This document shows positions 18,636 through 28,366 of a stretch of 64,000 nucleotides of DNA, in pieces (the first letter of the stretch is position 1; each line of letters starts with the position of its first letter). The notes under the pieces are model-generated. The model was not told the DNA's origin. It searched no databases and saw only the letters and a program-made list of their open reading frames with translations. Source of the DNA: an uncultured Bacteroidales bacterium (GTDB lineage Bacteria > Bacteroidota > Bacteroidia > Bacteroidales > UBA3824); NCBI GenBank assembly GCA_937877455.1, contig CALFIU010000189.1:28852-92851 (forward strand), written 5' to 3'. A program made the position numbers and the translations under genes.

Positions 18636-19436
18636 TTACTCATCCTGATTTGCGTATTCGCATGACGAACGGAAATCGCACAACTGCGTGCAATAAAAGA
18701 ATTCTAAGTTCGCGTCAAAAGTTTCATCATTTTCAATCTTTTTTATTTCGTCAGAAAACCATTTTAATGCTTCATCATAATCTCTTTTCACAAAAGGTAT
18801 TCTTGCTATCTTCTGATCCTTAAAGTGATTCCATATTATCCATTTAGGATACACGCCATATTCATCAAAAACAGCTTTACAATATAGATACATCTGTTTT
18901 TTGTACTTTGAAAAATCTTCTTCCGATTTCTTTAAAACAGATTTGCCATCTTTTTTAAAAGGGTATCCAGAGCTTTTATGGTCTATTACCGATATCTCAT
19001 TGGTTTCTTTATTTCTTATAAGAAGGTCTATGTAGCCAATAAATCTATATCCGTTCAAATCGATATCAAGTTCTTTTTCAACGCCAAGTATTTCATAGTG
19101 ATTAAGCCAGTCAAAATCAACTGATGCGAAGTAATCAGCACAAGCCTCATACGCTTTGTCCATAGCACTTTGCCTTGTCGTATAAAATACATTGTCATCA
19201 AAATGATCTACATAATATTGTGACGCATCTTCCACTTTTAACTCGCCGTTAAAAATCATTTCTAATATCGAATGAACATAACTCCCGACTTCGGCATAAT
19301 AGTTTCCTTCGGCTAAATATTGTGTATCATCATCTATTATGTATTTAAGATAAAAACTATATGGACAATGGTTATAACAAGTTATTCTTGAATATGACCA
19401 CTTCATTTTGTCTATCTTGTCTTTATACTCGTTCAT
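18636..19436 (-). CDS. PD-(D/E)XK nuclease, Cas4/AddB-like with Fe-S cysteines
   Basis: N-terminal C (YNHCPY), IDLL...VIDHKS nuclease core, and C-terminal CTQLCDFRSSC. Confidence 0.75.
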   Translation of the reverse strand: MNEYKDKIDKMKWSYSRITCYNHCPYSFYLKYIIDDDTQYLAEGNYYAEVGSYVHSILEMIFNGELKVEDASQYYVDHFDDNVFYTTRQSAMDKAYEACADYFASVDFDWLNHYEILGVEKELDIDLNGYRFIGYIDLLIRNKETNEISVIDHKSSGYPFKKDGKSVLKKSEEDFSKYKKQMYLYCKAVFDEYGVYPKWIIWNHFKDQKIARIPFVKRDYDEALKWFSDEIKKIENDETFDANLEFFYCTQLCDFRSSCEYANQDE

Positions 19437-20437
19437 TACGTTACCTTTGTTTTATTAAAATATAGTTGCTCCCATATTTCTCTTGATAAATCTACGGGTG
19501 CATTTTTAGCATCCTTGCCTCCAAGTAATCCTTTCCTATCGTATATGACATATACATTTGTTATTCTTTTTAAAACATCTATAGTCTTTTTGATATCTTT
19601 GTCTGAATAGCTTATGTCTGAATCGAACGCAAAGACAATATTTACGCGCAATCTAACAAGGAGTTTTAATTGTTCATCAGTAATCGTATGCTTTTCTGCC
19701 GATGCACTATTTTTATATCCCCAACCATAAGCCTTCATTACAGATTTTACGGATTCAAATATAATCATTTCATTCTGATCTTTGATGAACGGCAACGTTA
19801 CATTTAACCCCTGAAAATAATCCATCGTTCCTATAGGATAATAGTTGATGTACTTAGGTATTCTCAATTCTTTAAAATTTTTATATCTCGTTCTTCCTTT
19901 AATATTGATTAAGTTCCCATCTATATCATAAACAGGATATACAATCCTATTGTCGCGATCATTTATTCTTACATCGAACAAATCCATAACTTCCTGAAGT
20001 ATCCCCTCATCTATCCATTCTGGAATATCTTCGTAACTATATTTATTCAATTCATTACTATTCAATATCTCATGGACTACTTGTTCTTTTTCGCGCATTA
20101 GATTTTTTGTTTTTTTTAGAAACGTTATTGTTTGCGATTTGCACATTTTAGACAAATCCATATTGCCAAGCTTCGCAGCTTTATCAACTGCATCATCAAA
20201 TCGCAAATGTTCATAGTCCATCAAGTAACCAATAATGCCACCTGATCTACCACATGAAAAACAATAATAAGAATTCTTACTTGGTGTAATCGAAAAAGAG
20301 GGAGTATTATCTATGTGTAGTGGACAATGCCCAAAGTAATCTCTCCCCTTCTTTTCCATCTCTATAGATTGGCTAACATACTCTAATAAATCAACGCTTG
20401 CATTTATTTCCTGAAGCATTTCATCATCGTATGTCAT
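19436..20437 (-). CDS. DNA primase (DnaG-like, CHC2 zinc finger plus Toprim)
   Basis: Contains CPLHIDNTPSFSI...YYCFSCGRSG. Confidence 0.85.
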   Translation of the reverse strand: MTYDDEMLQEINASVDLLEYVSQSIEMEKKGRDYFGHCPLHIDNTPSFSITPSKNSYYCFSCGRSGGIIGYLMDYEHLRFDDAVDKAAKLGNMDLSKMCKSQTITFLKKTKNLMREKEQVVHEILNSNELNKYSYEDIPEWIDEGILQEVMDLFDVRINDRDNRIVYPVYDIDGNLINIKGRTRYKNFKELRIPKYINYYPIGTMDYFQGLNVTLPFIKDQNEMIIFESVKSVMKAYGWGYKNSASAEKHTITDEQLKLLVRLRVNIVFAFDSDISYSDKDIKKTIDVLKRITNVYVIYDRKGLLGGKDAKNAPVDLSREIWEQLYFNKTKVT

Positions 20438-20449
20438 GCCTAATCCTCC

Positions 20450-21796
20450 TTAAAAGTTATTTTGTTTACTATGTTGTTTCACTTCTGAAATTGTCATTTT
20501 ATCACCATCGAAATACAAGTCGATATAATCATCCTCGTCATCTTCACGCATCTGCTTGCCAAGACGATTAACATATATCTTTGCATATGCATTTCCACAT
20601 TCAGCGCCATCTTTAACCATCTGCTCCTGTGTTTTCTGCCCATATTTAATACCAACAGAGAGATAACGATTGATCTTTATACTGTCGGCTACTTCACCTT
20701 GTCTGTTTAACTGGCAAGCTGCAAGTACAGCAAGGTTTAATTCTCCTGCGATCTTGTTTTTCAGAAAGTCACACTTCGCGCCAAGTACATTGTAGTTAGT
20801 GCCTGTTTCTGACTCATTGCTTTTCAGATAGTCAAACACAAGAAATCTGATTCCAATTTTGTTAATCCATAACTTGCAAGTAGTATATAATTCATTATCG
20901 GATATTTCTGGTTTATAGATATGTTTAAACTTTTGCTTCTTTATCCAAGCGATACTGTCTTTAATACGCTGTTCTTCTTCAGCATTGTATCTACCGTTCT
21001 TCACTTTTTCTATATCTACGGCTGATAAATGTGCAAGAAGTCTTTCGACATATAACCTTGTCTGCATTTCAGTATCAACAACCAAAACAGGAACACCATT
21101 CTTTAACTTATGTACAACTTCATTCATAAGTATGATTGATTTTCCCTCTTTGTATTTGGCTTGAACAACTACCAATTCGCCTGTTTCATATGTAAAATGC
21201 TTATTAAAACTCTTGAATTTTGATGGGATGCCGTACATTCCATCTGATGTTCTTCTACTTTCTATTTCGTGCCAGATATCATCTATCTCATCGCCAAGCA
21301 GTTTCACATCAGAACCGCAAATAAATTCTGCCGTAACATCATCTAATTCGCCATAAACATCGCCACTCAAATCATCAAGCGTAAGATTTTTATCAAAACA
21401 TTTGCCAGATAGACCAACGAGCTTTTTATAGAGATCTCTTTTAAATGCAAGCTCCGTCACATTTTTTGCAAGCATCAAATATTCTTCTAATGTATGCCGT
21501 GCAAGTTCTTTGTATAATTCAACAAACTCTTGAACAGATGGAAGGTTATATTTTTCAATTGTATGCTTCACCCCTGTATTGCTGTTGAGTTTATTTGATA
21601 AATTCAACGCATCAATATTATTGATACCTTCTTCTATCAATTCTTGAATAGCCCAATAAACGCATCCGTTTTCAACGTTATAGAAATGTCCAGCCTTTAA
21701 GAAAGTATCAGAGTGAAGTATATATTCTGGATGAAATATCAATGTGCCGATAACGCCACTCTCAGATTGGATATCTGATAATTCTGATATATCCAT
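20450..21796 (-). CDS. dnaB: Replicative DNA helicase (DnaB family)
   Basis: DnaB N-terminal domain signature SESGVIGTLIF and a RecA-like C-terminal domain. Confidence 0.85.
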   Translation of the reverse strand: MDISELSDIQSESGVIGTLIFHPEYILHSDTFLKAGHFYNVENGCVYWAIQELIEEGINNIDALNLSNKLNSNTGVKHTIEKYNLPSVQEFVELYKELARHTLEEYLMLAKNVTELAFKRDLYKKLVGLSGKCFDKNLTLDDLSGDVYGELDDVTAEFICGSDVKLLGDEIDDIWHEIESRRTSDGMYGIPSKFKSFNKHFTYETGELVVVQAKYKEGKSIILMNEVVHKLKNGVPVLVVDTEMQTRLYVERLLAHLSAVDIEKVKNGRYNAEEEQRIKDSIAWIKKQKFKHIYKPEISDNELYTTCKLWINKIGIRFLVFDYLKSNESETGTNYNVLGAKCDFLKNKIAGELNLAVLAACQLNRQGEVADSIKINRYLSVGIKYGQKTQEQMVKDGAECGNAYAKIYVNRLGKQMREDDEDDYIDLYFDGDKMTISEVKQHSKQNNF

Positions 21797-22279
21797 TTAC
21801 TTTCCCCCGAAAATATCTCCAAATTTCTTTTTACTGTCAGTTTCGTTATAAGTGAACGAAGGTTCATTGTCTGATTTGGTTTCTATCTTTGTTTTACTTT
21901 CATTAAACGCTTTAAGTTTTTTCTCAAAATCCCATTCTTTTTTAAGTTGTTTGTCTTTTGCAACATATACAAGTCCGGGTGGATGATTAAGAAATTTTGC
22001 TTTCTTTTTAAGCGCCCATAACAAGTAGTCACAATCAACAGACTCTTTATAAATCAAGCGATCAACAATCCTTACAAGCTGATTGAAGATAACATCTTCA
22101 TCAATATACTTATACCAATAGTCAATTATCTCTGCTCTTGTATCCTTCTCGTGTTTGCAGTCTGCATGATAATATCTACCGTTTTCTTCTGCGTATTTAT
22201 CAGTCTCTATAGAGATAATTTTGTCATCATGTTTACAATGGCTATATTGACATTTTCTAAAATCAGCTTTTTTTGCCAT
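21797..22279 (-). CDS. Hypothetical protein (Cys/His-rich N-terminus)
   Basis: Contains CQYSHCKH...YHADCKHE. Abuts the dnaB start. Confidence 0.45.
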   Translation of the reverse strand: MAKKADFRKCQYSHCKHDDKIISIETDKYAEENGRYYHADCKHEKDTRAEIIDYWYKYIDEDVIFNQLVRIVDRLIYKESVDCDYLLWALKKKAKFLNHPPGLVYVAKDKQLKKEWDFEKKLKAFNESKTKIETKSDNEPSFTYNETDSKKKFGDIFGGK

Positions 22280-22916
22280 TTTCCACCTCTAAAATATGTG
22301 TTGCCTCCATGTCTGCCTGATGAAGTGCAAGAGCCAATGGATACTTTTCATAAGCCTGTCCAAGCTCTGTCCACTGCGAACTATCGCAATAAGCTCCCAT
22401 ATGATAGGTAATTGCCGTGATCTCTTCCATTGACAGTTTCATGTACTGAAGAATAAAGACAACGCTTTTACTTCCATGACCAAGAGGATATTTGTTATCC
22501 ACCGTATAGCATGGTACAGTTTCCCAAATATAATCGCCTTTTGCATCGTGCTTTACTTCACGAGCGTTCGAAGAAGCAACCTTATTAGCATCATATGTCT
22601 TTTGGTTTTTGTAATCGGTCACGTAATAATATGTTTTGCAAAGATCATGCAGAAGTGAAACAATCAGAACCGTATCTCTGGAAACATCTTTGAGAACATC
22701 TTTCCAAATAGGTGCATCAAGCTTTGCATTGAGGCATTCATATACATGTAAGCTATGTTTTAATAATCCACCTTCTTCAGAAAGATGAAATCTTGTACTT
22801 GCTGGTGCAGTATAGAAATCTGACTTGCGGATAAAGCCGAGAAGGTTTTCTACGCCTTCTCGCTTTACCTCACTCAGCAGCTCTTCAAATTTAACAATGT
22901 TTGAATTTTCTGCCAT
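22263..22916 (-). CDS. HD-domain phosphohydrolase
   Basis: Contains H...LLHDLCK and a downstream D. Confidence 0.7.
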   Translation of the reverse strand: MAENSNIVKFEELLSEVKREGVENLLGFIRKSDFYTAPASTRFHLSEEGGLLKHSLHVYECLNAKLDAPIWKDVLKDVSRDTVLIVSLLHDLCKTYYYVTDYKNQKTYDANKVASSNAREVKHDAKGDYIWETVPCYTVDNKYPLGHGSKSVVFILQYMKLSMEEITAITYHMGAYCDSSQWTELGQAYEKYPLALALHQADMEATHILEVENGKKS

Positions 22917-23011
22917 GTGATAATCCTTTCAATAAAATGTCGGTTTTATTAGTTACTTTATACAATATATAGTGTTCATTATAAATTCAACATACTATAT
23001 ATTGTGTACGT

Positions 23012-23428
23012 TTAGTTAAATGGTAACTCGTCATCAACGCCATCAGGGATATTCATAAATTCATCCGAGCCGCTGTTTGTATTAGCGGAATTGACGTTAT
23101 TTCCTTTGTTATTTGTGTTTCCGTCCTGAATTTCAAGTCCGAAAATCGTATAATGAGGCGTGTATGACACTTTGCCATCTGGAGCAGTATAAACATTTGT
23201 TACTTCGCAAGATGAAATTTTAATCGACAGACCTTTCTTTTCATCAATCTGTACACTCTGAAGTGCCGTGTGCGCCTGTCCGACCAGTCTTACAAAACCA
23301 TCCTGAAAATCTGTATTGTATGTACCTGTGTTTTTGTCTTTACGACTGATTGAAACTCTGGCTGTAGAATAATTTCCTTTTTCTTCTACTGCCCATACTC
23401 TTGCATATGCGTCCTGTCTAAAACCCAT
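23012..23428 (-). CDS. ssb: Single-stranded DNA-binding protein
   Basis: OB-fold N-terminus, N/G-rich linker, and an acidic tail DDELPFN. Confidence 0.85.
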   Translation of the reverse strand: MGFRQDAYARVWAVEEKGNYSTARVSISRKDKNTGTYNTDFQDGFVRLVGQAHTALQSVQIDEKKGLSIKISSCEVTNVYTAPDGKVSYTPHYTIFGLEIQDGNTNNKGNNVNSANTNSGSDEFMNIPDGVDDELPFN

Positions 23429-23462
23429 ACTTTTCTTTTCCTTTCTTTTTATCTTGTATTAT

Positions 23463-24092
23463 TTATTTGCGAACTGTCATAAGCTGTTTCTTTAATTCCG
23501 ACAAAACTTCGATGTCCTCAATAAGTCTCGGATCTCCGTTTGCGTTTTCATCCGCAGCTTTGCAGATTTCACCAACTTTTTCTTTTGCCTTTTCAGAAAG
23601 ATTGCATTTCTTTTTAATCAATTCCATACACTCATTCTGAAGTTTAACTACGTTTGCAAGTTCATCAGGTAATTCTTCTCCTTCATAAATATAGAGTCCG
23701 ATTCCACTTGCGATTGCTAACGCCTTGCATAAACAACGCTTAATGCTTTTATTCGCATCAACAGATGTAATTTGATCTGCGCTGATTGACTGGTTTTTGA
23801 AATTCATGATTGCAAGCATTTCTTTAGCCTCACAAATCTCACCATCATCAGCTTCAATCTTTACATTAACTTCAACCCACCCACTCTTTCCATCATCATG
23901 CCAAGGTCTTGTATTGCCTTTATCATCTACGATTTGTGGAATAACCTCAAATGTTGTTTTTGGATAAATGCCCTTCACAATCTGGATTGCAGAACTCCAA
24001 GGGAGATACTTTAATCCATTTTTTTCCTTAACTTTATCTGTAGTATTGATAGAGCTTAATGTTGCAAAAATTCCTTTCTTCTTCTCTGCCAT
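23463..24092 (-). CDS. Single-strand annealing protein, Sak3/DUF1071 (Rad52-like) family
   Basis: KYLPWSSAI ... KRCLCKALAIASGIGLYIYEGEELP matches the DUF1071 signature (recalled). Confidence 0.65.
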   Translation of the reverse strand: MAEKKKGIFATLSSINTTDKVKEKNGLKYLPWSSAIQIVKGIYPKTTFEVIPQIVDDKGNTRPWHDDGKSGWVEVNVKIEADDGEICEAKEMLAIMNFKNQSISADQITSVDANKSIKRCLCKALAIASGIGLYIYEGEELPDELANVVKLQNECMELIKKKCNLSEKAKEKVGEICKAADENANGDPRLIEDIEVLSELKKQLMTVRK

Positions 24093-24110
24093 AATTCTCC
24101 TTTTGTAAAT

Positions 24111-24641
24111 TCAGACCGTATACCAGTCACGAGCCAGTAAATCAGTCTGACTTGCAAGCCACGGAATAACCGTACCATCAACAGTTTTCATAGCAATATA
24201 TGCACCATATGGAACTAACCCATCATCATTTGTACAATATTTTGCAGCCGCTTTTGTGCAAGGCGCGTAATTGCCTTTTGGAACAAAGTAAATAAACATG
24301 TTTTTCCCGTTCCATCCTTTACGCGCAACTCGTTTACCCCTCTGGATAAGCTGCAACGCCGCATCGAAACCAAATTCTAAAATCTTATCAGATGAAAATT
24401 CAGCGCCAACAATATAAATATCTTTGTTATTCTTATGTGCCAGATTTTCATCGTATGTCTTATCAACGTATTTAACTTTGGTATGACCGCGAGAATTAAA
24501 GATAATCTCAATGCTATCATCGGGCATATGAATATGTAAATTTACAGCAAGGTTTTCTGAATCCTTATATCTCTCGTACTGGTTCATAAATTCATCTTTT
24601 GTCATGCGTGGAATTTCTGGAATATTAACTGTTTTCTCCAT
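24111..24641 (-). CDS. DUF2829 (Tad2-like) domain protein with N-terminal extension
   Basis: The C-terminal half RGKRVARKGWNGKNMFIYFV ... IPWLASQTDLLARDWYTV matches the DUF2829 pattern. Confidence 0.65.
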   Translation of the reverse strand: MEKTVNIPEIPRMTKDEFMNQYERYKDSENLAVNLHIHMPDDSIEIIFNSRGHTKVKYVDKTYDENLAHKNNKDIYIVGAEFSSDKILEFGFDAALQLIQRGKRVARKGWNGKNMFIYFVPKGNYAPCTKAAAKYCTNDDGLVPYGAYIAMKTVDGTVIPWLASQTDLLARDWYTV

Positions 24642-24828
24642 TATGTAATCCTTTCTCGCAAAATTCTTTTATTTCATCTAATTTTTCTTTATCTGTCTTT
24701 TCTTTGTTGCACATATCCAATACGACACTTAATGCCGATTTCATGCCAGTAACAATAGCATCGTTTCTAACTCTGGTCATTTCTGTTTTGATTTGTTTCG
24801 TTAGTTTCTCTTCTTGCTCTTTGTTCAT
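24625..24828 (-). CDS. Hypothetical protein
   Basis: Co-oriented ORF overlapping its neighbours. Confidence 0.4.
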   Translation of the reverse strand: MNKEQEEKLTKQIKTEMTRVRNDAIVTGMKSALSVVLDMCNKEKTDKEKLDEIKEFCEKGLHNGENS

Positions 24829-25018
24829 TATCTTGTCCTTTCGGTTTTCTATCCTTACCAGTCTCGCAACGAAGAATACTTACATCAGTTTCATATGGCT
24901 GATAACCTACAAGAGGGCAATCTTCACATTGATGTGTTCTGCAAAGTTCATTCGCATATTGAAACCAATAGTTAATTCTCTCCATTTCTGGACTATTAAC
25001 ACCAAAATTTATTCTCAT
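24767..25018 (-). CDS. Hypothetical Cys-containing protein
   Basis: Co-oriented ORF whose 3' end overlaps the next ORF by 62 nt. Confidence 0.4.
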   Translation of the reverse strand: MRINFGVNSPEMERINYWFQYANELCRTHQCEDCPLVGYQPYETDVSILRCETGKDRKPKGQDNEQRARRETNETNQNRNDQS

Positions 25019-25023
25019 ATCTT

Positions 25024-25965
25024 TTAATGCGCATATTCGTCTGCTTCATGCAAAGCAACAACTTCATTAAATACTTTATCGCCAAGCTGTATCTTTAATC
25101 TCTTTTCGACACTCTTGCTCATCTTCCATTCACGATAAGGATGCATATGGAAATAAATCAAAGTCGCAACATGGATAATATCATCAACATGATAATCCAT
25201 ATTGTAAAGATAAAAGATTGAGTCATAAGCTCCTACACAATGATGTTGATAGTAATGGCAATTTCCATCTCTTTCACCTTTAGAATTTACAGCAGTCATT
25301 GTGAATATCTTTCCTTCATCGTGCAAAAGCGCCGCCAAATGAAGCAACTCATTTTTGGGATATTTCTCAAGGATATATTTTCCTGCTTTTCTACAATGCT
25401 CGCCAAGCGTTAAACTATGATGATGATTTCCCTGATCCATATAATCAATGCCTGTTGCGTGGTTATAAAGTGTTGCTAATGTATAATCGGCAAAATCTTC
25501 TCTCTGGCAACTAAACATGATATCTACATCATCCCATCCTTCAGTTTTGTGCGGAGGCTGAAAATTCATGTACATGCGCTTGATTACACTATCAGGAACT
25601 TTTCTTTCCCTTTTCTGATTATTAAGCAAACACACATAGTATGGTGCTACAACTAAAACACACGATTTATGGCAAGGAATATTTTTAAGTTCCTGAAGAA
25701 ACCCCATGCGCCTTTTTCTATTGAGATTTGTGGCATCGTAAATGACATCTTTACCATTCCTTAAATCTTCTTTGATGCGCCTATGTAATTCAGTGAAAAG
25801 CTGCGCGTTTGCTTCTTTTGAATTTTCATTTACATCACCAAACATTTCTTCACGAAGATCATCAGAAGAATGAAGCTGATAATATTTACTCAACGTTCTT
25901 GCATATGTAGACTTACCACTTCCGGGCAAACCTACAAGCATCATTAAAGTTGGTATATTGTTCAT
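25024..25965 (-). CDS. Polynucleotide kinase (P-loop) fused to an HD phosphohydrolase domain
   Basis: N-terminus LVGLPGSGKST...YDATNL (T4 Pnk / AAA_33-like kinase). C-terminus HHHS...LLHDEGK (HD). Confidence 0.75.
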   Translation of the reverse strand: MNNIPTLMMLVGLPGSGKSTYARTLSKYYQLHSSDDLREEMFGDVNENSKEANAQLFTELHRRIKEDLRNGKDVIYDATNLNRKRRMGFLQELKNIPCHKSCVLVVAPYYVCLLNNQKRERKVPDSVIKRMYMNFQPPHKTEGWDDVDIMFSCQREDFADYTLATLYNHATGIDYMDQGNHHHSLTLGEHCRKAGKYILEKYPKNELLHLAALLHDEGKIFTMTAVNSKGERDGNCHYYQHHCVGAYDSIFYLYNMDYHVDDIIHVATLIYFHMHPYREWKMSKSVEKRLKIQLGDKVFNEVVALHEADEYAH

Positions 25966-27332
25966 ATGGCATCCTCCACGATCAATTCTTCCGCTTCTTC
26001 CATGTCTGGCATGTCAGATGTATCTTTGATAATTCCTTCAAGACATTTAAAACTGAAGTTTTTATGTTTGTAAGCTGTAAAACTCGGTCTGTTATCAATT
26101 CTGATAACAACGCCTTCGCGAACATGTGTCTTACCAATCGGGTCTGCGCCATCATAGTATTTTTCGACACGCGCCATAAGATCATCCCATGTAGTAAAGA
26201 TAAACTTTTCAAATGTAGGAACACACTTAGCGCCCATCTTTTCGGCTTCAATTTGTACCTGTTCCCAAGGAAGTTCAACCATAATGCCATCTTCATTCAT
26301 CATTATCATGCGATAAACATATGCATCATTTTCTCCGACTTCACATCCGTAAGAGAACACGGTTTCTTTCCCGTACTGCTTCTGGAAATCTTTATCTTTC
26401 ACGAGCTTATTTGAACATTTGCCCATGATAGTCTGATTTCCTTCTGTATAGCCAACGACCTCATAGAACACTTCGCATCCTTTAGGAAGTTTGTCTTTGA
26501 AGAAATCATGATATTTCTGTCTGAATTTGTTACTTCCGTAGTAGCCACCGTCATACTCGCGCAATGTGGTTCTTCTTGTGCCAGTGATGTATTGATACTT
26601 TCTTGTCTGTTTATCGCGAAGTTTAAACAGTTTTTTCAGAATTGGGTTTCTTCTCTTCTTTGTAATCTGAAGTGTGTTGGCTGTCCTCTGGCTCGTGCCA
26701 TGCATCTTTAATGTGATGTAGCACGTATCGCCTTCTCTAAATGCGTTCTGATTAAATGCAAGCTGCTGTGTATCAATATGCTCAACGAATAAAGGATAAC
26801 TAACCGTTTCTTTTAATTCTTTCTTGTTTACCTTGTACTTGCTACCGCCAGAAGAATTGTTTCTCTTTCTCTTCGGAATATACTTTCTGCAAATCTCGTG
26901 ACCGTCAATTACAGAAATCATATCGCCATCTCTCAGTGTAGTTACATCGACATACTTTGAAAGCGTTTCAATCGGTAAAACTAATCCGTCAGACTTTTCG
27001 CCACGAAGTTTTAATGCCGTGATATTTCTTTTCTCGGCATCCATGTATCCACCGACATTTATAACATCAACGCCATCTTTCTGAATAATTTGCTTTCCTT
27101 CAATCTGTGCATCGTCAAGTTCGGAAACAGGAACGTATTTCTTGACAAGATTATTGTCTGTTGCAAATTCTTCACTCAGCTGCCCATCGACAGGGAAATA
27201 AATAACGCGCTGTCCTTCATGATAATTCAAATCAACAATAACATTATTCCCAAACACGCTCGTTGTGAGGAGTCTGTCTGCATTCGAGTGTTTATGTAAT
27301 TCCTTTAACGTAGTGACATATGCGAAATACAT
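25962..27332 (-). CDS. RNA ligase, DRB0094/DraRnl-like (N-terminal OB domain plus adenylyltransferase)
   Basis: N-terminus HSNADRLLTTSVFGNNVIV (OB module). Motif I is ITLKMHGTS (KxHG, as in the Rnl2/Rnl5 clade). Confidence 0.75.
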   Translation of the reverse strand: MYFAYVTTLKELHKHSNADRLLTTSVFGNNVIVDLNYHEGQRVIYFPVDGQLSEEFATDNNLVKKYVPVSELDDAQIEGKQIIQKDGVDVINVGGYMDAEKRNITALKLRGEKSDGLVLPIETLSKYVDVTTLRDGDMISVIDGHEICRKYIPKRKRNNSSGGSKYKVNKKELKETVSYPLFVEHIDTQQLAFNQNAFREGDTCYITLKMHGTSQRTANTLQITKKRRNPILKKLFKLRDKQTRKYQYITGTRRTTLREYDGGYYGSNKFRQKYHDFFKDKLPKGCEVFYEVVGYTEGNQTIMGKCSNKLVKDKDFQKQYGKETVFSYGCEVGENDAYVYRMIMMNEDGIMVELPWEQVQIEAEKMGAKCVPTFEKFIFTTWDDLMARVEKYYDGADPIGKTHVREGVVIRIDNRPSFTAYKHKNFSFKCLEGIIKDTSDMPDMEEAEELIVEDAI

Positions 27333-27589
27333 TATTTCTTCTTTCCTTTCTTCTGCTTCTTCCTATTTGGTTTCTTTTTAGGCTTTTCATTAACCTTTTT
27401 AACTTTCTCTTTCTTGTTGTGTTTCGTGTTATCTTGCATTATTTCAATATTGTCAATCTTCAGTCTTTTTGGTTTCGTTTCAAAATAACAATTCTTGCAA
27501 ATATCTAATTCGCAGTTTCTATCAGTTGTAAATCTGTAAACATGACTCATAACATTATAGCATTTTGGACAAATCATCATTTTGCACAT
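27332..27589 (-). CDS. Zinc-ribbon protein with lysine-rich tail
   Basis: CPKC...CKNC followed by a KKKPNRKKQKKGKKK tail. Confidence 0.5.
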   Translation of the reverse strand: MCKMMICPKCYNVMSHVYRFTTDRNCELDICKNCYFETKPKRLKIDNIEIMQDNTKHNKKEKVKKVNEKPKKKPNRKKQKKGKKK

Positions 27590-27604
27590 ACCTCCTTACT
27601 GAAT

Positions 27605-27653
27605 ATTATAACACATTTATGGAATTATGCAAGAGTTATTTTGTATTATTTCT
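27605..27653 (-). promoter_or_regulatory. Promoter TTGCAT-N16-TATAAT (TG-extended) preceded by the AATAATACAAAATAA motif
   Basis: The minus strand reads GAAATAATACAAAATAACTCTTGCATAATTCCATAAATGTGTTATAAT. Confidence 0.6.
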
Positions 27654-28354
27654 AAATTATCCTTATGTATGTACAGTTTTTCTGTAGACTTAAACTGATT
27701 GTTCTTATTAACATCAAGTATTCGTCTTATTTCTTTCTGCCATATACATACGAAATCATCTGGAGCATTCAGTTCTGAAATATATACCACATGATCTTTG
27801 CTTATCTGCCTCATATATTCCCAAAATTGTGCAGTATTAAAATCGCCATTAGCATATTTTGTCGTATTCTCATATGGTGGATCGGCATAAACAGCGCATC
27901 CGTCTGGAAGTAAAACATCTCTATAATCCAAACAAGTAAACTCTGCGTCCATTAGCGTCCTCATTTTGGACGCAAGCGACCGTTTACCTCTTAGTGCATA
28001 ATTAACTTGTGCCTTATCTCTTGCATAACCACCAAACCATTTACCACCAAAACTACATGCAAATCCGACAAATCCTGTTAGCGCAGGATCATCGTCTTTA
28101 TGTTCTTTTATGTAATGATATTGTTCTTCCGTAACTGTTTCAGGTAAATCATATCCGTTCTGTAATGCCTGAAATAAAGCAATCAAATACGGCTGATTAT
28201 CGTTGCATATAATCCTATCAAACCCTTTAACCTTTGCTTCTATGTTGCAAGCCCCACAAAAGAGGGAAACCAAGGTTCTACTTAGTGATACCCCCCCCTC
28301 TACGTGCAAGGCAATATCCTTTGCAATCCTTGATTTTCCACCTTGATACCTCAT
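27617..28354 (-). CDS. dam: DNA adenine methyltransferase (Dam-like, D12 class)
   Basis: N-terminal YQGGKSRIAK, FCGACN (FxGxG-like), and catalytic YADPPY. Confidence 0.85.
   Translation of the reverse strand: MRYQGGKSRIAKDIALHVEGGVSLSRTLVSLFCGACNIEAKVKGFDRIICNDNQPYLIALFQALQNGYDLPETVTEEQYHYIKEHKDDDPALTGFVGFACSFGGKWFGGYARDKAQVNYALRGKRSLASKMRTLMDAEFTCLDYRDVLLPDGCAVYADPPYENTTKYANGDFNTAQFWEYMRQISKDHVVYISELNAPDDFVCIWQKEIRRILDVNKNNQFKSTEKLYIHKDNLEIIQNNSCIIP
28291..28298 (-). repeat. G8 homopolymer (coding strand) inside dam, codons 20-22
   Basis: C8 on the plus strand. Encodes part of HVEGGVS. Confidence 0.95.
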
Positions 28355-28358
28355 TGTA

Positions 28359-28366
28359 CCCCCCCC
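28359..28366 (-). repeat. G8 homopolymer 4 nt upstream of the dam ATG (RBS position)
   Basis: The minus strand reads AGTAGGGGGGGGTACAATG. Confidence 0.95.
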
